From: an uncultured Rikenellaceae bacterium
Lineage (GTDB): Bacteria > Bacteroidota > Bacteroidia > Bacteroidales > VadinHA17
NCBI GenBank assembly: GCA_964599235.1
Contig: CAZRDX010000052.1
Location: 7,235 to 71,234 of the forward strand
DNA: 64,000 nucleotides
Direction of reading: 5' to 3'
In this document: positions 7,801-16,836 of the stretch, in pieces
Numbering within the stretch: position 1 is the stretch's first letter
How the letters are laid out: each line of letters opens with the position of its first letter
The notes under the pieces: generated by a model
Seen by the model: only the letters and a program-made list of their open reading frames with translations
Database searches by the model: none
What the model was told of the DNA's origin: nothing
Position numbers and translations under genes: made by a program

Positions 7801-10161
7801 ATGAAAAAGAGAACCATCCAGTCCAGGCCATGCGGAGGATCTCTCGGCAGACTCTTACCGGGAGTCGTAATGTTCTTCCTGTTCTCTTCACTTCTCCCGG
7901 CTGCCGGTGACGGCGAGGGCACGATCGTCCAGCCCGTCGACCCCCAGCCGGTGATGGAGGTACGCACCTGGCAGATGCATGTCGGCGACCTCCCGCTAGA
8001 GCAGGTGTTCGGCTCATACGACCGCACACAATGGCAGCGGCGTCCCCTGGGCATACGCTGGTGGAACAAATACCAGGTACGCTGGTTCCGGCAGCGCATC
8101 ACCGTACCGCCCGAGATGGACGGCCGCGACATCATCCTGCATGCTGCCACCTCGGCACGGGGGTTGCAGGCCTATATCGACGGCCGCCCCGTCATCCGCA
8201 CCAACGGCTCCAAAGCCCGGGGGGTGGTGATGCGCCGCGCCGCCGCCGGCACCACCTTCACCCTGGCCATACGCGTACAGAACGACGACTACAGCTGCCG
8301 TCTTTACCAGGCCGACCTGGTGGGCATGCCGGCTGGCTATGCCGACTTCCTCGAGACGCTCCGGGCATGGCACCGCTTGAACCCCGGCGAGGGGCTGGCG
8401 ATCCGCCGGTGGCGGTGGAAGAAGAACGCCTCTGCCCGGGCCTCCTCACCCGGTTACGACGACAGCCGTTGGGACACCCTCGCCGCGGGTGAGTCGTGGC
8501 AGGGAGAGGAGGAACATGCCTGGTACCGCACCCGCATCACCCTCCCCGACAGCATCGACGGCTTCGCCGTCGAGGGAAAGGTGTGGCTCACAGCCAACGG
8601 CAACGACCAATGCGAGATATGGATCGACGGCCGTCACGTGGCCGGCCCCCGCGGGGAATGCCGCACCCTCCTCACTCCCGACGGCAAGCCGGGAAAAACG
8701 TTCTTTCTCGCCATACGCGTGCAGAACAGCCGCGGCAGCGGCGCCCTCCGCTATGCCCGCCTCATCACCCAGCAGGAGATCGAGATGAAAGCCTCCCTGC
8801 AGCAGCTGCTCCACCGCCTCGACCGTGTCGACAGGTACTTCCGCATGAGCGTCATCCCCCGCAGCGACCAGATCAAAGATCTCACCGCCCTGCTGCAAAA
8901 ATACGTCCGGCCCTTCTCCCCTCCGGAGGAACGACTGGAAGAACTCAGGATGCTGCTCAGCCAGAAGGAAAAGCTTTATGCCCGCACTCCCGTCTTTGTC
9001 GTCCCCCCCTATCTGCAGGATGCCGAGGACGACGGTATCACCATCATGTGGGAGACAGCCTATCCCTCCTATGGCAAGGTGATCTACGGCAGGGGACAAA
9101 GCCTGGATGATACGCTGGTGGAGCTGCCCGAACCTGCCACGCTTCATGAGGTGACCCTCCCCGGACTGAAGAAGAACACGCAATACACCTACCGGGTGGT
9201 CGCAGGCAGCCTGGCCAGCCCCCTCCATACCTTCCATACCAAAAAAGAGCGCAACGACCCCCTCAAGTTCATCGTCTACGGCGACAGCCGCACCCTCTCC
9301 AAAGTACACGAACATCTCATCCAACTGATGGTGCCGGAAAAACCGGACTTCATCGCCAACGTGGGCGACGTGGTGAGCCGCGGCTCCCGTCTCGACGAAT
9401 GGATCGACGAACACTTTTACCCTATCCGTCACATCAGCGGTGACGTACCCATCTACATCTCCATTGGCAACCACGAATACGGCGGCTTCGAGGGGGGAGT
9501 CCCCCCCTTCGAACAGCGCGTGCACAACCCTGTCAACACCACCGGCAGCACCGAGTACTACTACTCGTTCGATTACGGCAACGCCCACTTCATCTTTCTC
9601 GACCCCAACGAATATGAGTTTCCCCACGGCGACGGCATCCTGCCGGGAAGCCAGCAGTACAAATGGTTTGTCAGCGACCTGAAGAAGGCCAAGGAGAAAA
9701 GCGAGTGGATCTTCGTCTTCATGCACCAGCCCCCTTATTCGGAATGCTGGTCGGGCGGTTACTACGACGGCGAGCCTCCGCTGCGGCGTTACATCGTCCC
9801 CCTCATCGAGGAGGCGGGTGTCGACATCGTTTTCTCCGGCCATACGCACGACTATGAGCGGGGTCTCCCGCACCCGCCCTACGACCCCGCAACAGGACAG
9901 GGCAACAATGCCGTCTACATCATCACCGGCGGCGGCGGGGCCAGTCTCGACAACCACAAATACCGCGACTGGCCCCAGATCGACCTGCCCGACCACCCCG
10001 CCGACCCCGACAGCAACGAATACGACGGAGGAAAATATTACGAGTTCCATTACATCGTCGTCGAGATCAACGGAAAACATCTTTCATTCAAAGCTATCAG
10101 AATGAGAGGCGACGGCACCTACGGCGGAGTGCTCGACCAGTTCGAACTGCAACACAAATAG
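7801..10161 (+). CDS. Purple-acid-phosphatase-like metallophosphoesterase with two N-terminal sugar-binding-like domains
   Basis: 786-aa ORF with a signal peptide. Two GH2-N-type galactose-binding-like segments ([43 protein letters not shown]). Calcineurin-type motifs [24 protein letters not shown] and GHTHDYER. Confidence 0.8.
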   Translation: MKKRTIQSRPCGGSLGRLLPGVVMFFLFSSLLPAAGDGEGTIVQPVDPQPVMEVRTWQMHVGDLPLEQVFGSYDRTQWQRRPLGIRWWNKYQVRWFRQRITVPPEMDGRDIILHAATSARGLQAYIDGRPVIRTNGSKARGVVMRRAAAGTTFTLAIRVQNDDYSCRLYQADLVGMPAGYADFLETLRAWHRLNPGEGLAIRRWRWKKNASARASSPGYDDSRWDTLAAGESWQGEEEHAWYRTRITLPDSIDGFAVEGKVWLTANGNDQCEIWIDGRHVAGPRGECRTLLTPDGKPGKTFFLAIRVQNSRGSGALRYARLITQQEIEMKASLQQLLHRLDRVDRYFRMSVIPRSDQIKDLTALLQKYVRPFSPPEERLEELRMLLSQKEKLYARTPVFVVPPYLQDAEDDGITIMWETAYPSYGKVIYGRGQSLDDTLVELPEPATLHEVTLPGLKKNTQYTYRVVAGSLASPLHTFHTKKERNDPLKFIVYGDSRTLSKVHEHLIQLMVPEKPDFIANVGDVVSRGSRLDEWIDEHFYPIRHISGDVPIYISIGNHEYGGFEGGVPPFEQRVHNPVNTTGSTEYYYSFDYGNAHFIFLDPNEYEFPHGDGILPGSQQYKWFVSDLKKAKEKSEWIFVFMHQPPYSECWSGGYYDGEPPLRRYIVPLIEEAGVDIVFSGHTHDYERGLPHPPYDPATGQGNNAVYIITGGGGASLDNHKYRDWPQIDLPDHPADPDSNEYDGGKYYEFHYIVVEINGKHLSFKAIRMRGDGTYGGVLDQFELQHK

Positions 10162-10179
10162 AACCAAACAGAACGATCC

Positions 10180-12399
10180 ATGAGAATGCACAGGAAGATA
10201 ACATCGATGAGACTTGCCCAATGGTCCTTGCTGATGCTGCTGATGTTCGTGCCGGCTCTGCCGGCCGCGTCCCAGCCTTATCACGACCGGCCTTTCCTGC
10301 AGGATTTTGCCAGAAAATATCCTTTTGGCGATCGCAACTTCCCCAAATGGCAGCTTTTCCAGGTGGCTGCCGACCGCAACGGTCGCATCCAGGTGCGCTC
10401 CAGCAAATATCTGCTCAAGCCGGGCGGAAAATACCTTGTACGCGATGACCTTTATCCTTTTCTTAATGATGTGAACATCCGCGCCCTCGGGAAATACCGC
10501 GACCAGTTCGTCTATCTCTCCGAGGGCTCCCTTTTCAGCAATGCCTGGGCCGGCAAGTTCTGGGTCGATCACGACCTGGAAGATGCTTCTGCTTTCTGTC
10601 TGGGGAACGATTTTGATTTTCTGCTGGCCTCCGACGGGCTGCTGGAATATTATCGCGACGGCCAAGCTGTCTGGAAAAAGGAGTGGGGCGAGCTGCTGCC
10701 TCTGGAGATGCTGTGGGACGACCGAGAGGGCCGCTTTCTTCTGCTGACGGATGACCGTCTTTACACCTTCGATCCTGCGGCCATGAAGCTGAACGAGGTT
10801 CATCGCGGTGCTTCGCTCACCACGATGACGCTGATGAAAGGATCGCTGGTGCTGGGCAGCCGTCACGGCTATTATCTTGTCGACCGTCACACCTTTCGTC
10901 AGACCCAGTCGCTGCAGGAAAGGCTGCCGTGGCCCGAGCTGACCAGGGTGCGTTACCTCCACGGCCGTCTCTGGTTCGGCTCCACGCGCGGCGCCTTCGT
11001 CCTGCGTGAGGATGGACAGTTCGACTACTATGCCTCGAAAAGATGGCTTGTCGACGACCGGGTGGTCGACCTCGCCGAAGGCCCCGGGCGCAGCATCCTG
11101 GTGCTCACCTCACGCGGGCTGAGCATCATCGATTTCAAACCCATGACGCTCGCCGAAAAAGCAGCCTATTTCGAGAAGGTGCAACGTCTGCGCCACATCC
11201 GTTACGGTTTCCAGTCACGGGCCAACCTGCGCATCCCCGGCGATCTCACCACTGCTTACATGGTCGACTCCGACAACGACGGCCTGTGGACCTCGATGTA
11301 CCTGGCCGGCGAGCTGTACCGCTATGCGGTGACCCGCTCGCCGGAGGCGCTGCAGAATGCCTACGAGGCTTTCGAGGCCATGGAACGTCTCACCGAGATC
11401 AGCGGCATCCCCGGCTTCCCCGCCCGTACCTATGAACGCGACGGCTACCAGTCGAGCGACCGCGACCCCGAGATGCCCGAGGAGCAGAAGATCTGGCGAC
11501 TCACTCCCGACGGCCGCTGGCGGTGGAAATCAACCACCAGCAGCGACGAATCGTGCGGCCACTTCTTCGTCTATGCTCTCTTCGCCGACATCGTCCCCGA
11601 CAAGGAATGGCGCGACAGGGCCATCCACCAGATCAGGATCGAGACCGACCACATCATCAACCACGACTGGTACCTGGTGACATGGAACGGCAAACCTACC
11701 CAGTGGGGACGCTGGAACCCCGAATATGTCAACAGCTTCCCCATCAACGTGGGCGACCGGCGTCTCAACTCCACCCTTATCATCGCCTTCCTACAGACCG
11801 CCTACCACTTCACCGGCGATGAGATCTACAAGGATAAAGCCTACGAGCTGATGGAACAGCACGGCTACCTGGAGAACATCCTCCGGCCCGCCTCGGTGAT
11901 CGGTTATGTGGAAGGCCAGCCGCTCAGCGACGGCTGGAACCATTCCGACGACGAAATGTACTTCCTCACCGCCCGGGCCCTGATCAAGTACGCCTTCACC
12001 GACGAACTTCGGAAAAAGTTCTTCGAGACCGTCAAAAGCCACTGGGAGCTCGAAAGACCGGAGAAAAACCCGCTCTGGAACTTCATCTATGCACAGGTGG
12101 GCGGCAAGGAGTACGACCTGGACAACAGCATCTGGTGGCTGAAGGAGTTCCCGCTCGACCTGGTGAGCTGGAACGTCGACAACACCTGGCGCAAGGACAT
12201 CGACCTGCTGGAACCCAACTTCATGCGACGCACCACCAGGAAGGTGCTGCCACCCGACGAATGTCCCATGACCCTCCACAACAGCGCCTACGAGATCAAA
12301 GGCGGTGACGGCGGAAGACGCGAATACCCGCCCTACATCTACACCCTGCCTTACTGGCTGGGACGTTATATAGGAGCGATCACGGAAGAAGAAAAATAA
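10180..12399 (+). CDS. Secreted protein of unknown function, paralog A: N-terminal beta-propeller-like region plus C-terminal helical domain
   Basis: 739-aa ORF with signal peptide MRLAQWSLLMLLMFVPALPAASQ. Collinear similarity to the 16837-19053 product: MTLAEKAAYF, DSDNDGLWTSMYLAGELYRYAVT, DGRWRWKSTTSSDESCGH, PLDLVSWNVDN, LPYWLGRYIG. No catalytic family recognised. Confidence 0.7.
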   Translation: MRMHRKITSMRLAQWSLLMLLMFVPALPAASQPYHDRPFLQDFARKYPFGDRNFPKWQLFQVAADRNGRIQVRSSKYLLKPGGKYLVRDDLYPFLNDVNIRALGKYRDQFVYLSEGSLFSNAWAGKFWVDHDLEDASAFCLGNDFDFLLASDGLLEYYRDGQAVWKKEWGELLPLEMLWDDREGRFLLLTDDRLYTFDPAAMKLNEVHRGASLTTMTLMKGSLVLGSRHGYYLVDRHTFRQTQSLQERLPWPELTRVRYLHGRLWFGSTRGAFVLREDGQFDYYASKRWLVDDRVVDLAEGPGRSILVLTSRGLSIIDFKPMTLAEKAAYFEKVQRLRHIRYGFQSRANLRIPGDLTTAYMVDSDNDGLWTSMYLAGELYRYAVTRSPEALQNAYEAFEAMERLTEISGIPGFPARTYERDGYQSSDRDPEMPEEQKIWRLTPDGRWRWKSTTSSDESCGHFFVYALFADIVPDKEWRDRAIHQIRIETDHIINHDWYLVTWNGKPTQWGRWNPEYVNSFPINVGDRRLNSTLIIAFLQTAYHFTGDEIYKDKAYELMEQHGYLENILRPASVIGYVEGQPLSDGWNHSDDEMYFLTARALIKYAFTDELRKKFFETVKSHWELERPEKNPLWNFIYAQVGGKEYDLDNSIWWLKEFPLDLVSWNVDNTWRKDIDLLEPNFMRRTTRKVLPPDECPMTLHNSAYEIKGGDGGRREYPPYIYTLPYWLGRYIGAITEEEK

Positions 12400-12470
12400 C
12401 CGCAGCATATGCTACAGACCACCTGTCTCCCGCCATTGCCAGGCCGGAGAGATCAAAAAACAGAGAAACC

Positions 12471-13856
12471 ATGAGAAAGATCCTGTCCCTTTTCCCTCTT
12501 CTTCTTGTCTCCTGCACCACGGGTACGCAACAGAAAAACCTTCATATCATCCTCCTTCCCATGGAAGAAAAACAGATCACCTTCACCACGCACAACCATG
12601 TACTGGACAACAACGACAACTTCTCCTCCGACGATCTTTTTCTCTGTTACGACACCCGTGGGACGGTGTATAACGAGGACATAGGCAACTGCCAGAGTAT
12701 CGAGAAGGTGAACATCGCCACGGGTGAGGAGACGGTGTTGTGGGATCCTCCTTCGATCACGGGCGACCGGGCTGCGCCGGGCGTGGGGGCGGTCTCGTAC
12801 CATCCTTACGAGGACAAGGTGATCTTCATCCACGGGCCCAACATCAACGAGGTGAAGGAGCGGGGTTACTACGGCAAAACCAACCGCACGGCGCTGGAGG
12901 TGGCTGCCGACGGCAGCAGGAGGCACAACCTGGTGGAGATGCGGGACGTGACCCACAACCCCACCCCTCCCGGTGCCCACCGCGGCGGCACCCACCGCCA
13001 TGAATACTGCCGCGACGGCAGCCGCATCGGCTTCACCTACGACGATTTCCTCGTGCGCAACATCGACAGGACCATCGGATACATGGAGGCCAACCCCGCC
13101 ACGCCAGCGGGATACACAAAGTTTTTCGCCGTGATCCTCCGTCCTGCCGAAAAGGGGAAAGCCCGTCCCGGTGAGATCGAGAAAGCTTACGGCGACTCGT
13201 GGGTCGACAGTGCCGGCACCATGCGTGCTTTCATCGGCAAGGTACGCCGTGAGAAGGGAGGTTACGACGAGGACCTCTTCGTTGCCGACATCCCGAAGGA
13301 GGTGGACATCACCACCGCCTTCCCCGGCACGCGGGACACCTATCCTGCTCCCCCTGAGGGCATCGTCATCCGGCGTCTCACGCGGGGCTTGCATGTGAGC
13401 GGCATTGTCCGGGGCTCCTGCGACGGCACACGCATCGCCTTTGCCGCCGCCGACCGTGCCGGCATCCCACAGCTCTTCGTCATCCGTGCCGACGGCAGCC
13501 AGCGACAACCTCGTCAGGTGACCCGTCTCACCCATCCCGTCGAGGCCCTGCGGTGGCATCCCTCCGGCAGGTGGATCCTCTTTCTCAGCGACGGGCACCT
13601 GATGGCTGCCTGGGTGGGCCGGGAACAACACCCCTACGGCACACTGGTGCAACTCACCCGCGAGAAAAAAGAACGGCAACAGCTTGTCCTCTCCCACGAC
13701 GGTACCCTCGCCGCCTATGACCTCCCCACCCCCACCCGCAACGAAAAAAACGAGGTGGTGAAAGATGCCTCAGGCCACGACTTCCGCCAGATCTGGGTGA
13801 TGAGGATCGACTGGGAAAAGGTGAAAGCAGCCCTGCCTAATGAAAAGAAACGATGA
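12471..13856 (+). CDS. DUF3748 (YidR-like) beta-propeller lipoprotein
   Basis: 461-aa ORF with lipobox LLLVSC. Segments ITFTTHNHVLDNN, VNIATGEE, VIFIHGPN, GGTHRHEY and IGFTYDD follow the order of E. coli YidR-type DUF3748 proteins as I recall them. Confidence 0.7.
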   Translation: MRKILSLFPLLLVSCTTGTQQKNLHIILLPMEEKQITFTTHNHVLDNNDNFSSDDLFLCYDTRGTVYNEDIGNCQSIEKVNIATGEETVLWDPPSITGDRAAPGVGAVSYHPYEDKVIFIHGPNINEVKERGYYGKTNRTALEVAADGSRRHNLVEMRDVTHNPTPPGAHRGGTHRHEYCRDGSRIGFTYDDFLVRNIDRTIGYMEANPATPAGYTKFFAVILRPAEKGKARPGEIEKAYGDSWVDSAGTMRAFIGKVRREKGGYDEDLFVADIPKEVDITTAFPGTRDTYPAPPEGIVIRRLTRGLHVSGIVRGSCDGTRIAFAAADRAGIPQLFVIRADGSQRQPRQVTRLTHPVEALRWHPSGRWILFLSDGHLMAAWVGREQHPYGTLVQLTREKKERQQLVLSHDGTLAAYDLPTPTRNEKNEVVKDASGHDFRQIWVMRIDWEKVKAALPNEKKR

Positions 13857-16819
13857 ACAACCTCCAAAAGATTACGAGCATGTCCAGGATCCTTCCCCTA
13901 CCCCTGCTCCTTTCGGCTCTCTTCCTTTCATGTCATCATCAGAAGGACGAGGGTCCGCTCACCGCCTACGTCGATCCTATGATCGGCACGGGTTTTCACG
14001 GTCACACCTTCCCAGGTGCTGTCCGGCCCTACGGCATGGTGCAGGTGAGTCCCGACACCCGTCTCAACGAGTGGGACAACTGTTCGGGCTATCACTACTC
14101 CAACCCCACGATCATGGGGTTCACCCACACCCACTTCAGCGGCACGGGCGGCGGCGGCGGCTCCGACATCCTCTTCATGCCCGACACGGGACGGGAGAAG
14201 TTCGAGGCAGGACCTGAGAATGAGCCTCTCAAGGGGTATCGTTCGGTTTATTCTCACGCTCATGAAGATGCCGAGGCAGGTTACTACCGGGTACTGCTCG
14301 ATGACAACCACATCACCGTCGAGCTCACCGCCACACCCCGTTGTGCTTTCCATCGTTACACCTATCCTGCCGGTGACGACGGCTGGGTGATCCTCGACCT
14401 GGAGCACGGCAACGAGGACCAGCCCGACAGTCTCTTCCTCGACACCACGTCCCTGATGACCGCAGCCCGTGAGCTCTCCGGCTACCGTGCCGCCTCAGGC
14501 GGCCTCGACGGACCCAAGGTCTGGTATTTCGTCGCCCGTTTCAGCAAACCGGTGAAGCATCTCTCCGTCATCTCTGCGGATGGTTCCGGACATCCCCCCA
14601 AAAGGCTGAAGGCCATCCTGCATTTCGATGTCAGCGACGCCCAGCCGCTGCTGCTCAAGGTGGCGCTCTCCCCCGTCAGCATCGAAGGGGCCCGCCGTAA
14701 CCTCGAACAGGAGATCCCGGGGTGGGACTTCGGGAAGGTACGTTCCCAGGCCCGTCGGGCCTGGGAAGAGGAGCTGGGCAAGATCACCATTCATGGCGCC
14801 ACGCGCCGCCAGATGCGCACCTTCTACACCGCCATGTATCACAGCTTCATCCATCCCAGCCTCTACAGCGACGTCGACGGCCGTTATCTCAGCAGCAACG
14901 GCAGGATGTACCATGCCGCAGACTTCACCAACTACACCAACTTTTCTCTCTGGGACACCTGGCGTGCCCTCCATCCTCTGCAGACGATCATCAACCGCCG
15001 GCGTACGCTCGACTTCATCCGCACCTTCCTCGAGCGGTACGAACATTCGGGCAACATGCCCATCATGGAGTTCTCCGGCAACGAACGTTATGCGATGATC
15101 GGCTACCATTCGCTGCCTGTGGTGGCCGATGCCTGGGCCAAGGGCATCCGCGGCTATGACTGCGACGAAGCCCTTCGTGCCATGATCCACCTGGCCAACA
15201 GCCCCCGCGCAGGAAAAAAATACTATCTCTCCTACGGCTTCATCCCGTACGATCTGGCTGCCCAGTCGGTATCACGCACGCTGGAGTACGCCTACGACGA
15301 CTGGTGCATCACACGCCTGGCCGAAGACCATGACAGCGCCGCCTTCTCCCTCTTCAACCAGCGGGGCCAGTTCTACCGCAACCTCTTCAAGGAAGATGTG
15401 AAGTTCATGGTGCCCCGGAGCAGTGAATACACCTGGCTGGAGGATTTCAATCCCGGCGAGAGCTCGTCGAACTACACCGAGGCCAATGCCTGGCAGTACA
15501 CGCCCAGTGTCTTCCAGGACATCTACGGCCTGATCGGCCTGATGGGCGGCGACAGTGCCTTCGTCGACTGGCTCGACCGTCTCTTCACCACACCTGTGGA
15601 CACCCAAGTGATGAAGGTGATCGATGCTTCGGGACAGATCGGCCAGTATGCCCATGGCAACGAGCCGAGCCACCACATCGCCTACCTCTACGACTATGCC
15701 GGGGCGCCGTGGAAAACGCAAGCACGTGTGCGGCAGATCCTCACGGAGCTGTACGACGACACTCCCGCAGGCATCAGCGGCAACGACGACGCCGGCCAGA
15801 TGTCGGCATGGTACGTGCTCAGCTCCCTGGGCCTGTATGCCGTGACGCCCGGACTCGACTATTTCACTCTGGGCGTGCCTCTCTTCGACCGGGCGGAGAT
15901 CCATCTGGAGAACGGCAAGACCTTCGTGATCCGTGCCGAGCACAATGCCCCCGATCATCCTTATGTGCAGGAAGTCACCCTCAACGGCCGGCCCTGGCCG
16001 TATGTTTACCTCCCGGCGGATAAGATCCTTGAGGGGGGTGAGCTGGTCTTCACGCTGGGCCCCCGCCCCGACAAGAGCCGGGGCACAGCCCCCGCCTACC
16101 GCCCGCCGCTGCCGCATTATGAGGCGATACCTTTGCCGGTGATCACCTTCCCCAGCCGCATTTTCCTCGACCGCACGCAGGTAAGGCTCTCCTGTCCTGC
16201 TCCGGGAGCCGTGATCCGCTACACCCTCGACGGCCGCGAGCCCGACGAACGGTCGCCCCGGTACACCTCGCCACTGACCATCACCCGCAGCCTCACCCTG
16301 CGCGCCCGCTGCTACCTGCCGGGACGGGGAGGCGGCTATGCCGTGGCCCAGACCTTCCGCAAAGCCACCCTCACACCCCCCACCACCCTCCGGCAACCCC
16401 GGCCGGGCCTGCGTTATACCTACCGCGAAGGACTGATCAGCTCCACTGCCGAACTCGACAAATACCCCGTCAGGAACCGGGGGATCATCGCCACCTTCAA
16501 CGTCGACTCGATCCGTGACCAGCGTCCTTTCAGTTACCGCTTCACGGGCTACCTCCAGGCACCCCTCGACGGACTCTACCGCTTCTACCTCGAATCGAAC
16601 GACGGGGCCGTCCTCTATCTCGACGGGGAAAAGATCATCGACAACGACGGTGGTCATCCCGCCCAGGCCCTGCTGACAAGCGTGGGACTGAAAAAAGGAT
16701 ACCACACCATCCGGGTCGACTATTTCCAGCTGGGACGCGCCAAGAAACTGGTAGTGAAATGGCAACCGCCCGGCCGGAACGAAATGGAAGAGATCCCGGC
16801 CCGGGCTCTATGGCACTGA
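13853..16819 (+). CDS. GH92 alpha-mannosidase lipoprotein with C-terminal CHB_HEX_C-like plus PA14 cassette
   Basis: 988-aa ORF whose ATG overlaps the previous stop (ATGA at 13853-13856). Lipobox LFLSC. GH92 motifs VDPMIGTGFHGHTFPGAVRPYGMVQVSPDT, GNEPSHHIAYLY and SGNDDAGQMSAWYVLSSLGLYAV. C-terminal AVIRYTLDG and FTGYLQAPLDGLYRFYLESNDGAVLYLDG. Confidence 0.9.
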   Translation: MNNLQKITSMSRILPLPLLLSALFLSCHHQKDEGPLTAYVDPMIGTGFHGHTFPGAVRPYGMVQVSPDTRLNEWDNCSGYHYSNPTIMGFTHTHFSGTGGGGGSDILFMPDTGREKFEAGPENEPLKGYRSVYSHAHEDAEAGYYRVLLDDNHITVELTATPRCAFHRYTYPAGDDGWVILDLEHGNEDQPDSLFLDTTSLMTAARELSGYRAASGGLDGPKVWYFVARFSKPVKHLSVISADGSGHPPKRLKAILHFDVSDAQPLLLKVALSPVSIEGARRNLEQEIPGWDFGKVRSQARRAWEEELGKITIHGATRRQMRTFYTAMYHSFIHPSLYSDVDGRYLSSNGRMYHAADFTNYTNFSLWDTWRALHPLQTIINRRRTLDFIRTFLERYEHSGNMPIMEFSGNERYAMIGYHSLPVVADAWAKGIRGYDCDEALRAMIHLANSPRAGKKYYLSYGFIPYDLAAQSVSRTLEYAYDDWCITRLAEDHDSAAFSLFNQRGQFYRNLFKEDVKFMVPRSSEYTWLEDFNPGESSSNYTEANAWQYTPSVFQDIYGLIGLMGGDSAFVDWLDRLFTTPVDTQVMKVIDASGQIGQYAHGNEPSHHIAYLYDYAGAPWKTQARVRQILTELYDDTPAGISGNDDAGQMSAWYVLSSLGLYAVTPGLDYFTLGVPLFDRAEIHLENGKTFVIRAEHNAPDHPYVQEVTLNGRPWPYVYLPADKILEGGELVFTLGPRPDKSRGTAPAYRPPLPHYEAIPLPVITFPSRIFLDRTQVRLSCPAPGAVIRYTLDGREPDERSPRYTSPLTITRSLTLRARCYLPGRGGGYAVAQTFRKATLTPPTTLRQPRPGLRYTYREGLISSTAELDKYPVRNRGIIATFNVDSIRDQRPFSYRFTGYLQAPLDGLYRFYLESNDGAVLYLDGEKIIDNDGGHPAQALLTSVGLKKGYHTIRVDYFQLGRAKKLVVKWQPPGRNEMEEIPARALWH

Positions 16820-16836
16820 CTGCAAAAACAAAAAGA

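Noticed and set aside
12404-12460. 10-bp palindrome AGCATATGCT (12404-12413) and an imperfect 9-bp hairpin (about 12428-12453) in the 71-nt gap before the DUF3748 gene.
   Set aside because: The palindrome is short. The hairpin has a mismatch and is followed by an A run rather than a T run on the coding strand. This is insufficient for a terminator or operator call.
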